NCBI GenBank assembly: GCA_964016885.1
Contig: OZ024762.1
Coordinates: forward strand, 310,001 to 374,000
Length of the DNA: 64,000 nt
Direction: 5' to 3'
From: Eledone cirrhosa
Lineage: Eukaryota
This document shows, piece after piece, positions 1-12,909 of this stretch. Every line of letters begins with the position of its first letter. The first letter of the stretch is position 1. The notes beneath the pieces are model-generated. The model saw only the letters and a program-made list of their open reading frames with translations, searched no databases and was not told where the DNA came from. The translations under genes were made by a program, and so were the position numbers.

Positions 1-237
1 TTAGGACCTAATAATTTAGTTTAGCTTATATATTATACCTAATGTCTGGCTATAAGGAAGCACAATAAATGTAATTTAAACTTTAACTAATTATTAAATA
101 TTTCAGGCTTAAATTAAACTTATTTACATGTTTTAAACAATTAATAATAAACTTATTAACTAATATGTTGATATTTCAGAGTTTGTTGTTTTTTGGTGGC
201 GGGGAAAAGATCAAAAACAAACAAAATTCTTAAAATT

Positions 238-265
238 GCCGCCATTTCTGTGAAGTCTCGCGAGA
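238..265. promoter_or_regulatory. Housekeeping-promoter motif cluster: YY1-like GCCGCCATTT and palindrome TCTCGCGAGA
   Basis: GCCGCCATTT at 238-247 and TCTCGCGAGA at 256-265, with an E2F-like TGGCGGGGAAA near 197-207, in a locally CpG-rich patch. Confidence 0.5.
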
Positions 266-1079
266 TTTCAGTGAGATCATCATCATCATCAACAGCTGTG
301 TGTGTGTATCATCATCAACATCACCATCACAATCATCACCACCACCATCATCATCACCATCAACACTACCACCATCAACATTATCATTATGTCCTGTTAC
401 TCGGGTTACATATAATTTCTACATTTTCCTTAATAACCAACACAATCTCATCGATGTTTTAAAGATTGTTATCCCTCCGTTTGTAGTCAGACATGACATT
501 AAAACAAGTTGACGTAGGAGGGGGGGACATTATGGTGGAAAAGCAATGACTACGAAGAAACAGACGATATATTTTCGTCTTTCTTATTTCCAGCTCAAAT
601 GTTAACGATTCCTATATATATATATATTCACTTATTTATTTTTATATTCCTATATATATTAACTTATTTATTTTATTAACAACTAGCTTCTTCACATTCC
701 GATAGGTCGGACCAAATAGTAAGACGGGAATGTCACCGGTGAACGACCCGTAATAATCCCCCATTACCTTCTCAATTTTCCTTACTATATGACTCTTACT
801 ACTTCTTTCTCCCATTTCTTTATACTCTTACTCTTTCTTCTTACTCACTCTTCTTTATACCCATACTCTCTCCCCCACTCTCTATTTCTTTTTCTTGATA
901 CTCTTACTTTCTCTCTTCCACTCACTTACTCCTTCTTCTTCATACCCTTACTTTCGCTCTCCCACTCTCACACTATTATTCCCTTTTCCTTCTATATCTC
1001 ATACTACTACTCTCGCATCTATTTATAGACCCTTTCACACTCACACACACACACACATATATATATATACACACACACA

Positions 1080-1156
1080 CAGGGTGTCCCAATAAAATAT
1101 ATACACACTTTGATTAGAATGCTGTGGAAGTGTCTATACATTTTTGGGACACCCTG
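1080..1156. mobile_element. Tc1/mariner-type MITE (TIR CAGGGTGTCCC...GGACACCCTG)
   Basis: Short element with inverted termini in TA/CA microsatellite context. Further copies at 1975-2110, 8310-8403, 21362-21460, 38445-38502 and 47513-47580. Confidence 0.7.
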
Positions 1157-1470
1157 TGTGTATATATATTATTGTGGGTATGTCTCTATATATTACATAC
1201 ATTTACTGTTTTGAAAACCGTTTTGTCATTAAATCAACTTCACCGCTGCCACTCTCAGTAATAATAATTATCACTACCATCATCATCATCATTATCACCA
1301 CCATCATCATTTACATCACTATCAGCATTATCACCACTACCTCTCTCTCTCTCTCTCTATCACTATCTTCTTTACTCTCTCCCTCTCTTTTTTCTCTCTT
1401 TCCCTCAATTTGTCACCATATCTCTCTCACTCTCTTTCTTACTCCCTCATTCTCTCACTATGTCTCCATC

Positions 1471-1501
<31 letters not shown>

Positions 1502-1932
1502 CATGCACACACACCAAATCCCGCCGAGGTTAACTTTGCCTTTCATCCTTAAAGGGTCGATAAAATAAAGTACCAGTAATGCACTGAGATAATTGCTGGC
1601 CTGGTGCCAAAAGTAGAAACAATTATGTAATTATATATATATCTATATGTATACACACACATTACAGTGTATTATCTCAGTATATATACACACACACACT
1701 GTATATATATACACTATATATAGTGTGGTGTAGTATAACTGCAGGTAATCACAGCTCAAACAACTCTTTTCTCGTCAATATTTTACACATTTTCACAGTG
1801 AGTAAGCAATTTTATTTCACGCAAACACTACAACATATCATATACATATATGATATGTGTGTATATATATAGAATATGTATAGGTGTGTTTTTCCCAGTC
1901 TATATTAGCCTAAAACATGTTTATGTGTATGA

Positions 1933-1978
<46 letters not shown>

Positions 1979-2112
1979 ATACATTTTTAGGGACACCCTG
2001 TATACACATACATATATTCATATGTATATACAGGGTGTCCCTAAAATATATATACACACTTGAATAGCATTCTAATAGATAATGCCTGCACAAGTAATTA
2101 AAGTGTGTATAC

Positions 2113-2144
<32 letters not shown>

Positions 2145-2149
2145 ATATA

Positions 2150-2625
2150 AGGGTGCACAGAGCAGTAAGGAACAAGAGCCCGCAAGACAAGCTACTTTAA
2201 ATGCCCAGAGGTCTCTATAGAAGTAGTTGATAGCTTCTGTTACCTGGATGACCAAATTGGCAATAGAGGAGGGTGTCCCGAAAATACAGTAGCCAGAGTG
2301 AGAATGGGATGGTGAAAATTCAGGGAGTTACTACTGAGGTTTTCCCCTTAAAATGAAGGGCAGATAGTACGAGGATTTTGTATGAATAGCAATGGTAGTG
2401 AGACCTGGGCACTGTGTGCAGAGAACCTGTGAAGATGGATGTGTAATAGTAATATACATGAACAGCAAAGCATAAACGAATGGAGAGAGAAACTTGGTAT
2501 AAAAGGGATCAGATGCAGTGTGTAGGAAAGGAGATTGCGCTGGTATGGACATGTGGTGCGTATGAAGGATGACAGCTGTATAAAAGGTAATACCGGCCTT
2601 CCCAGGTGCGCGGGTTGAAGCAAGC
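2150..2625 (+). mobile_element. Decayed RTE-type LINE fragment (post-RT region)
   Basis: Broken frames give EVVDSFCYLDDQI..GG.....ARVRMGW*KFREL...LKMKGR..ETW; stops and frameshifts are present. Confidence 0.65.
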
Positions 2626-2919
2626 ATATGGTAGGCACCACTTCCCCCCTATATTCCCTCGCCCTTCATACACGTCCTAACACCCCACCTTTCACCCACA
2701 ACCTGACCACCCAGCCACCAGTCCACATTGTAAAGTGGTCGTGATGGTGCCACAGTAAAAAGCACCCGGCCCACACTGTAAAGTGGTCATGAAAGTGTTA
2801 TGACAAAAGCACCTAGTACACACTGTAAATGTGGTTGGTGTTAGGAAGGGTATCCAGCCATAGAAACTAAGGCAGAAACAGTTCTGTATGAGCAACACAA
2901 GATCCCAGACCTCGTCAAA

Positions 2920-3110
2920 TTGGACCGAGGAAACAATGTTTCCATTGGTCTTTCCAATTGCTAATACTATCTGTCAGTCGCAAGTCCAGGAAGAAGGAGC
3001 AACGTGAAATAAAGTGTTTTGCTCAAGGACATAACAACTCACCCGTTCCGGGAATCGAACTCACAACCTCACGATTGCGAATTCAATTCTCTAACCACTC
3101 AGCCACGCGC
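2920..3110 (-). mobile_element. tRNA-derived SINE (second head type)
   Basis: Reverse complement gcgcgtggctgagtggttagag...gagttcgattcccgg...gtccttgagcaaaacactttatttcacg. Its body recurs twice at 32450-32610. Confidence 0.7.
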
Positions 3111-3504
3111 GATGATAAATAGAGAGGGTAAGAGTGAGGAGAGAAAGAGAAAGACAGTAAAAGAGGAGGAAAGAAAGAGAACATGGTAGAATGAATAAAA
3201 GAAAGAATGAAAAGAAATGAGGCACGAGAAGGAAAATGTGGAGAAATTATTTAAGAAATATTAGCGAATGTTTTATTTTCGGAAAATATTGTTGGTGAGG
3301 ATAGCTTTAGTTTCGTATCTGTAGTTACCGGCGAGATACAACATATTGGTAATGGTGAGAGGGTGATAGGCAGTAAGAGAGAGAGTGTGAAGGGGAGGGT
3401 AAGAAAGAGGGAGAGGGAGTAAAAGGGTAAAGGTTTATGAAAGACTGAGTGTGAGGGGGAGGTGAGAGAATGATAAACAGAAAAGGGGTGCGTAAATAAG
3501 GAGG

Positions 3505-4860
3505 TGAATCTCTCTCTCTATATCTTAGTCCCTTTCTTAGTTTTCCTCTCTCTCACTCCTTCTTCCTCTGTCTTTTTACTATTTTCTCACTCCCTCTCTC
3601 ATTCATCCTGTCTCTCACACTCCCTCTTTCAGTCATCCTCTATCTCTCACTTCTCCTCTCATTCAAATTATGTCTCTCACTCCCTCTCTCAGTCTTCCGC
3701 TGTCTCTCACTCACTCTCTCTCTGCTATGGCTGTCTCTATCTCTCACTCCCTCTCTCAGTCATCCTATGTCCCTCTCATTTTCCTCTTTTTCTATCTTCT
3801 TATTCTTACTCTCTCTGTCTCTTATTCCCCCTCTCTCAGTCATCTTATGTCTTTTATTCTCCCTCGCTCTATCTTCTTACTCTTATCCTCTCTATCTCTC
3901 TCTCAATTTGCCGCTGTCTCTCATTCTCCCTCTCTCAGTTTTCTGCTGTTTCGATCCCCCTCTCTTTATCTTTTACTCATACCCTCTATATCTCTTACTC
4001 TCTCACTCAGTCATTCAGAATCTCTCACTCCCCCTCTCTCCCTCTCACAGTCATCCTTTGTCTCTCATTACCCCCTCTCTCTCAATCATCTTATGTTTCT
4101 CACTCCTCCTCTCTCTATCTTCTCACTATTACCCTCTCTATCTCTCACTCCCTTACTGAATCATCCAATATCTCTCACTCCCTCGCTCAGTCATCCACTA
4201 GCTCTCACTCCCTCTCCCTCTATTATTATACTTTCACCCTCTCTATCTCTTACCCCCTCTCTCAGTATTATCTTACTCTCACCCCTTCTCCTCAGTCATT
4301 CACTGTCTCTCAATCCCCCTCTCTCAGTCATCCACTAGCTCTCATTACCCCTCTCTCTATTATTATACTTTCACCCTCTCTATCTCTCACCCCCTCTCTC
4401 AGTCATTCACTGTCTCTCATTCTCCCTCTCTCAGTCATCCACTATCTCTCACCCCCCTCTCTGTATTATCTTACTCTCACCCCTCTCTCAGTCATTTACT
4501 GTCTCTCAATCCCCCTCTCTGTCATCCACTATCTCTCACTCCCCTGCTCTGTATTCTCTTACTCTCACCCCCTCTCCAATGTCATTCACTGTCTCTCATT
4601 CTCCCTCTCTCAGTCATCCACTATCTCTCACACCCCCCTCTCTCTATTATCTTACTCTCACCCCTCTCTCAGTCATTTACTGTCTCTCAATCCCCCTCTC
4701 TCAGTCATCCACTATCTCTCACTCCCCTGCTCTGTATTATCTTACTCTCACCCCTCTCTCAGCCATTCACTGTCTCTCAATCCCCCTCTCTCAGTCATTC
4801 ACTGTCTCTCAATCCCCCTCTCACTCTCACTCTCTCTATCTCTCTCATTCAATCTCTCTC
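3505..4860. repeat. Degenerate CT-rich minisatellite / low-complexity tract
   Basis: Recurrent tctctcactccctctctcagtcatcc units; these generate the spurious S/L-rich ORFs. Confidence 0.85.
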
Positions 4861-5837
4861 CTGTGTCTGTTCGTCCTGATATAAAGATATTGTAAGTACT
4901 GTAACGTGATTTTACTTCAATATATTTTATCACCTACTGTATTACCTTGTATATATAGATATATAATATATATAAATGTGTATATATATATATATATTAG
5001 TGTGTATGTGTATATATATATTCGTCCGTGCATATATATATATATTTATATACTCGTATGTATGTGCATATTTGTATGTATATATATATGTGTGTGTGTC
5101 TATATATATATTTGTATGTATATATATATGTGTCGATGTTGTTTAACCCCAGGCCAACCACGATCACAGGTCCCAGTTTTCACTAATATATTATATATTC
5201 TCTTATAACCGGGATTTCATCAATAACTATATATATAATGAAATAAATATGGTTTTATAAATATAGTTTCCATTTATTAATATCATTGATATATGTGTGT
5301 ATAGATGTTGTTTAACCCCAGGCCAGCCCTGATCACAGAGGTCCCAGTTTTCACTATGATATATATTGTCTTACAATCAGAACTTCATGTATATATATAT
5401 ATATGTGTGTGTGTGTCTGCGTATATATGTGTATGTGCATATATACGTAGGTGTTTGTTTAAGTGTGTATATATATATGTGTGTGTATGTGTATATATAT
5501 ATATATATGTGTGTGTGTATATGTAGATATTTAGCCCCAGGCCAACCCTGATCCCAAAAGTCCCAGTTTTCACTAATATCACATCATATTAAGGCACCCT
5601 TCCTTAAAAAGAAAAGTGTTTTGAAAGTAATATGGTTGCTATGTCTATAGGAACCAACAACCACATACAGCTTCCTTAGTTGGGAATATATATATATATA
5701 TATCAGATAGGGTGTGGTAAAAAACTAGGTGGACCATAACCTTTATGTATATATTTCCCTATACAATATGGGTATGTATATACGTGTGTATGTATTTATA
5801 TATATGTGTGTGTGTGTGTGCATATATATATATATTT

Positions 5838-5945
5838 AAATAATAATAATGAAATTATTGTGTAAAGTACTCAGGTGCACTACAACTCGTCAAAGGAGTA
5901 TGTATAGTACATAGAATAATACACAAATGTCAGGGAAGTGAATTT
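5838..5945 (-). mobile_element. Short 3'-end fragment of the same CR1 LINE
   Basis: aataatgaaattattgtgtaaagtactcaggtgcactacaactc...aaatgtcagg is nearly identical to 55243-55335. Confidence 0.75.
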
Positions 5946-6194
5946 GTATATATATAATGTATATGTGCATATGTATATATATATATATATAATATACAAT
6001 GTATGTGTATATGTATATATATATATATGTGTGTATGATATCAACTAATTCCTTATCAACCAGGTTTATTCTGTCGTTAAGTTTACATTTTTATTGGCGG
6101 GTGGAGGGTGACTGAAACCCTTCACGGTTGTGAGATGGGAATTGAGGGAGATTTCACTGCTATTTCTAGCTATTTATACCGATCTCACCTGCTG

Positions 6195-6595
6195 GATGTT
6201 TCTACCAGATCTAATGACCACATCTAGCTACTATTTCTACCAGATGTAATGACCACATCTATCTACTATTTCTACCAGATGTAATGACCACATCTAACTA
6301 TTATTTCTACCAGATGTAATGACCACATCTAACTATTATATCTACCAAATGTAATGACCAAATCTAGTGACCACATCTAACTACTATATCTACCAGATCT
6401 AGTGACCACTTCTATCTACTATTTCTACCAGATGTTATGACCACATCTAACTACTATTTCTACCCGATCTAATGACCAGATCTAGTCACCACTTCTGACT
6501 TATTTCTACCAGAGCTAATGACCACATCTAACTGTTATGTCTACCAGATCTGACCACTTCTAACTACTATTTCTAGCAGATGTAATGACCACATA
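6195..6595. repeat. Minisatellite, unit about 35 bp (tttctaccagatgtaatgaccacatctaactacta)
   Basis: About 11 direct tandem copies. Confidence 0.85.
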
Positions 6596-7236
6596 GAAGC
6601 CGGTTGTTTGACTGGGACTGGAGATATACGCCGGTTAGTTAGTATGTTGTTTGACACTAATTCAACCTAAAAATATATGTTGAAATAATTATTATTTCAA
6701 TATTTCAAATAATTTTCTTTTTGTGTGTTTAATAAATATTATTGGCTAATTAGTTAATTAGTAGGGGGACTAATGGTTGGGATTGAAAACTAGTTTACTT
6801 CGTTTGTTGATCCTGTCATATATGTATGTTTCATTCTCTCTCTATATATACCTATATACACACATATGTATGTCTCTCTTTACCTCTCTCTCTCTATATA
6901 TATATATATATACCTATATACACACACATATGTATGTCTCTCTTTATCTCTCTCTCTATATATATATATATGTGTGTGTAGCATTAATATCACGTGAAAT
7001 ACAATTAACAGGTTATACAGATGAAGATAGTCAATGCTACATGATTCTGTTTGATATAGTAGTAGTACATGTTATAGTAGTAGTAGATGTTTGTTCGTTT
7101 TGGCTTGTCCACCTCGTTTCCTTTGGTACTCGTATATAACCAAACATATACTATATATATATATATATATATAAAATTAAAAGTGCCATGACTAAATTAT
7201 AACCATCAACATAGTCAAGGTGTCAGGCATCAACTT

Positions 7237-7298
7237 ATTTTATCTGATGAGGACGTACTGTTGAAATAGCTTAGTATCTCTGAAATATATAATAAAAT
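7237..7298 (+). ncRNA. Hammerhead ribozyme-like motif in a dispersed repeat
   Basis: ATTTTAT-CTGATGA-ggacgtactg...tagtatctct-GAAA-TATATA-ATAAAAT; 7-bp helix I. A homologous copy is at 24846-24910 (-). Confidence 0.55.
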
Positions 7299-8107
7299 AT
7301 ATTTGATCACATGAATGTCTATATTTATTAATATTTTGAAGTAATATATATATATATGTGTATATATAGTATGTGTGTGTGTGGTGATTTCTTTCGAATG
7401 AAACAGCTCTCGTCCTGTAGAAGCCATTTCTATATTAAATTTGTTGTATACACTCTACCAATGTATTGACTACCTTACTGTGGTTACCCCTGACTGAACC
7501 CGGGGGACACACACACACATATATATATATATATAGGGAATGAAAGTGTGTAACATTTTTGAGGGACACCTTATATATGTGTGTGCGTATATATATATTT
7601 ATGTGTATATAAATGTTTGCGTGTGTATTTATATACCTATATATATATGTGTGTGTGCGCGTATATGTATGTGCGTATATTTAAAGGTGCTCTATAATTT
7701 CTATATCACAAATATACAGAGAGAGACAAATGTAGTCCTATATATTATCTAATGTGTCCTAAATTCTGTGTTGAGGGACATTTCACTGCTATTTCTAGCA
7801 AGATAAACACCACCTCTGCAACTATATAAGCTTATATAACAGTGTTGACTATATATCAGTTTATTATTTCAAAGGGTTTATAATAAAGAATTTAAAATAT
7901 AAAGGTTGTTTTAAAAAGACGAGATAGGCGCCATATATTTCGCCGGGAGAGAGAGACCTTATATACATATATATACTACAGTTTTTTGGATTATACATAC
8001 ATGTATATATATATATTTGTGTGTGTATATACTTGTAAGTAGGTGTGGTTGTATATATACATGTATATATATGTGTGTGTATGCTTATGTACATATATGT
8101 GTGTGTA

Positions 8108-8160
<53 letters not shown>

Positions 8161-8259
8161 ATATAATGTATATATATGTGTGTATATGTAATGTATTTTA
8201 GTGAAAATGGAACTGGTGATCGAACTCGTTCTAAGGCGTTCTCTTATATTTTGTCACGT

Positions 8260-8292
<33 letters not shown>

Positions 8293-9369
8293 GTGTGTGT
8301 GTATATATACAGTGTTCCCAAAAAATGTATACGCAAAGGCTGTGCATTCTAATATTGCCTGTACAGGTAATCAAAGTGTGTATACATTTTTAGGGACACC
8401 CTGTATGTATATATATATACACATATATATGTGTGTGTATATACGTGTGTCTATATATATGCGTATGTATATACACACGACATCATAAGATGTTCTAATC
8501 AGCTGACTGTAAGGTTCTATAGTACAAATTCATTACAATTCATCGGTTCTGTAGTCGATTATTTATTGGTAGAATTGGTAGAGCGCCGGACAGCTTGGCA
8601 GTATTTAGTTAGGGTCATGTTTACTAACTTCTCAGTTCAAATCCCACCAAAGGGGTCAACTTCGCCTTTTAACCATCCCCGGGGGGGGGGGGGGGATATC
8701 ATTGACTTTCTCTGTTGTTGGACTTGTGTCAATATTGGGAACAATCATCTCATATTTATCTAACTATCTCTCTATCTCTCTCTCTATCTTTCTATCTATT
8801 TATCTATCTATCTCTATCTCTCTCTATCTATCCCTATCTCTATTTGTCTCTCGATCTCTATCTGTCTGTCTCTATGTATTTTATTTTTCTATCTCTAATT
8901 AATTATCTGTCTGTCTCACTATCTCTAATTATTTGTCTATCTCTATCTCATCTATATATATATGTGTGTGTGTGTATGTACATATATATTTGTATGTGTG
9001 AATGTCTATCTATGTGTGTGTGTGTGTGTATATATATATGTGTGTGTATGTGCGAATGTCTATCTATTTATCTATCTACCTCTGTCTCATTTTCTGGGGT
9101 TATGTCAGAGCTTGCTGACCATTTGTGTGGACCTCAATGTCCAAGCCAACGTCCTGGAAATTGGACATCAAACATCTCACTGACAGTGCATGCTAAATGC
9201 AGAGGGCGTCCTCCCCATCTCACATGAATGTGGGGTCATTGATATTGTCCCAAGGGGTCATAGTAGACCAAAGGTTATAAGTAATTTTCAATAAGGAGTT
9301 TCTTTCCACCCACCCTGTGTATGGTTTGTGTGTAAAAAGCACAACAGAAATGCTAAAGGGTTGATGAAT

Positions 9370-9800
9370 AATTGGCTGTTATTTCTAGCAAGGTAAAATA
9401 TACACCTTTATAGGTTTAGCTGGCATCTTGTGGAGGGTTTTACCTGAAGTTACATTGGCTGTTATTTCTAGCAAGGTATAATACACTCCTTTATAGGTTT
9501 AACTGGCCTCTTGTGGGGGTTACACCTGAGGTTTCAATGGCTGCTATTTCTAGCAAGATATAATACACTCCTTTATAGGTTTAGCTGGCCTCTTGTGGGG
9601 TTACACCTGAGGTTACATTGGCTGTTATTTCTAGCAAGATATAATCCACTCTTTTATAGGTTTAGCTGGTCTCTGAGGTTTCACTGTCTGTTATTTCTAG
9701 CAAGGTATAGTTCTCACCTTTTATAAGTTTAACTGGCCTCTTGTAGGGTTACACTTGAGGTTTAACTGGCTGCTATTTCTAGCAAGGTATAATACACACC
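9370..9800. repeat. Minisatellite, unit about 80 bp, containing ggctgttatttctagcaag
   Basis: About 5-6 tandem copies. Confidence 0.8.
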
Positions 9801-11054
9801 TTTAACTGACATTAAAGGATGTTTAAATCTCATAGCCAGTTTCTTGAATGTTCTAATGACGATATTAGACCGGTGGTTGACATTTGGCTGCTATTTCTAG
9901 CAGGTATATCGTGATTGCATGTGAACAGTTCTCACTGTATTGATTCTAGATATAATCCTATCAATATAAGATGTTTGGCTGACTGACAAAACAGTTTAAC
10001 AAACATTGGTGCAGTCTATATTCCCCAGTGTCTCGTTAGTGGTGTTTTACTCAAACGCAGTATGATTGCACCATTTCTTTGCCAGTCTGCACACATCGAG
10101 ATACTTTCATACACAACTTCCTCCTAGTCACGCTATTATTACACTTGACTGGAGTTTATTGTTGTGGTTGTTGTTATGACCTAGGTCAGTTCTAAGAAGA
10201 GCTGTAGTCAAAGATGCTGTGACATTGTGTATCTAGGACTACATTATCCAATGTTATAACCCAGGTCAGTTGTCATCAGAAATGTGTTCATACTTTTGAC
10301 CCAGGTTAGCTGTGGTCAAAGATGCTGTGTCACTGTGTATCTAGGACTACATTATCCAATGTTATAACCAGGTCAGCTGTCATAAGAAATGTGCCATTGT
10401 GTATCTCGGACTACATTATCTAATGTGTTCATACTTTTGACCCAGGTTAGATGTGGTCAAAGATGCTGTGGCATAGTGTATCTAGGACTACATTATCCAA
10501 TGTGACCTTAGTTTTGTTGATTTGACCCAGGTCAGCTGTCATCGAAGATGTTCCAGCTCTGGTCATCTCTTTCTATTATACACAAGCATCGTCTATCTAG
10601 GTGTACATTAACCAATGTGCACTTGTTCTCGTTATGTTTCACTGTAATTCTGAACTCATCAGTGAAACATTAACTTAATCTTACTAAGTAACTCCTAAAT
10701 AAATGTAGAAAATATTGTCCATTAAAAGAAATAGGGAAAAACTTGGGTTAAATTCCGGTGAAACTCTTGTTTCTAAAATGTTTGACTGGAATTGATACAG
10801 ATTTTCATAATCTAATTATCAGAAATGAAATGTATTCATATAGGTTTTAATTATAGAAATTAATTAGTATAATTAATAATAGTTTTAATTGTTTACTGTT
10901 GTTGTGTTCTTCATAGGTTTATAATTAATAGATGTAGACATATATATATATAGACATATATATATATATATATAGACATGTACAGATACATATAGACATA
11001 TATATAGATATATAGACACAGAGATATATACAGATACACACACATATAGACACA

Positions 11055-11720
11055 CACAGGCACCACCACACACTGAAACTCATCATCAGACACACAGCCA
11101 CACCACCACACACAGCTACACCACACACACACAGCCACACCACCACACACAGCCACACCACCACATACAGCTACACCACTACACACAGCTACACCACCAC
11201 ATACAGCTACACCACCACATACAGCCACACCACCACATACAGCTACACCACTACACACAGCTACACCACTACACACAGCTACACCACCACATACAGCTAC
11301 ACCACTACACACAGCTACACCACCACATACAGCTACACCACACACATAGCCACACCACACACACAGCCACACCACACACAGCCACACCACACACACAGCC
11401 ACACCACCACATACAGCCACACCACCACATACAGCCACACCACCACATACAGCTACACCACCACATACAGCTACACCACACACACAGCCACACCACCACA
11501 CACAGCCACACCACCACATACAGCTACACCACACACACAGCCACACCACCACACACAGCCACACCACACACAGCCACACCACCACACACTGACACTCATC
11601 ATCAGACACACAGCCACACCACCACACACAGCCACACCACCACACACAGCCACACCACCACACACAGCCACACCATCACACCACCACACCACCACACAGC
11701 CACATCACTCACCATCACAC
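11055..11720. repeat. CA-rich minisatellite (cacacagccacaccac)
   Basis: Tandem units of about 16-18 bp; source of the CGGVAV ORF. Confidence 0.9.
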
Positions 11721-11822
11721 TGACAATAAAGTCCTTGTTATTTGATTAAGTAGTATAATTAATGAATCTAACAATAAAAATAATTACTTGATGAGAAGTT
11801 GAGAGGGGAGGGGTCCTGATCT

Positions 11823-11900
<78 letters not shown>

Positions 11901-12649
11901 CATATACATGCATACAGTAATTTAATTTGTTCACAAGGATGAAGCTGTTGGCTACTTGAAAGGTTGTCACCAAGTGTATACAGTATATACTGTATATACT
12001 CTGTATATACTGTATACACAGTATATACTCTGTATATACTGTGTATATAAGGCAGTGAATTGACAGAGTCGTTAGAGCGTCAGTTAAAATGCTTTGTGGT
12101 ATTCGTTTCGGCTTTCTGCTCTCTCAATTCAAATCCTGTCAACCTTTCGCGGTCGATAACAAAAAACTACTGAGGTCAATCCTTCCTCTATATCTCTCTC
12201 TCACTTTCTATCTTTCTCTGGAAGAAATCTGCTGTACTCAGGCCTGGAGAGGGGTGGGGCTCCACCAGGATAGCCAAGATACACTGTATATCAATACAGT
12301 GCCCCTTGCGAATCTTTCAGGAGTTAGGGACCATACAGTATATACTGTATGTATACAATATATATATAGTATATACACTGTATATATACAGTGTATATAC
12401 AATATATTCGGTTATTTAATTGTTTTGCTTTGTTTTTTTTCGTTCCTGATTCTTTTCACAAAGGTTTTTTTTCTCCTTCCCTCACTTATTTGTGGGAGGG
12501 TCATCAGATACTTTCCAGAGGGTACCCACTTATTTGTGGGAGGGTCATATAAGCAGAGTCTTTAGACATACCTTCCTGAGAGTGCCTACTAATTTGTGGG
12601 AGGGTTGTGGGGGCTGAGTCACACCTCCCAGGGAGTGCCCACATTCCTG

Positions 12650-12830
12650 GGAGGGTGTTCTCCAAACAATCTGTATGAATCCCCAAGCGAGACCAACCAA
12701 GCTTTTGGATGTTACCCAACCATCTTGTTCATGGTCTGCCCCTGGGTCTCCTGTCGGTTGGCTTTGTCTCTAAAATCTGTCCACCAATTCTTTCCTTTGA
12801 CATTCTAACTATGTCCGTAGTATTGGAGCT
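12650..12830 (-). mobile_element. Second fragment of the same RTE-type LINE
   Basis: The reverse complement aggagacccaggggcagaccatgaacaagatggttgggtaacatccaaaagcttggttggtctcgcttggg matches 45237-45308. Confidence 0.7.
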
Positions 12831-12909
12831 TTGATTTTTAAATGTGTACTTTATTTCTTTTCTTTTTCTTTCAGATAATTAAGGAAACGGAAACGAAGAA
12901 GAACTAACG

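Noticed and set aside
193-462. His-rich 89-aa ORF
   Set aside because: (CAT/CAC)n trinucleotide tract with a non-ATG start; no other coding evidence.
3504-4895. 463-aa Ser/Leu-rich ORF
   Set aside because: CT-rich low-complexity DNA, open in several frames at once.
10911-11663. 250-aa CGGVAV repeat ORF resembling a Cys/Gly-rich structural protein
   Set aside because: Reverse translation of a CA-rich minisatellite; no signal peptide or splice support.
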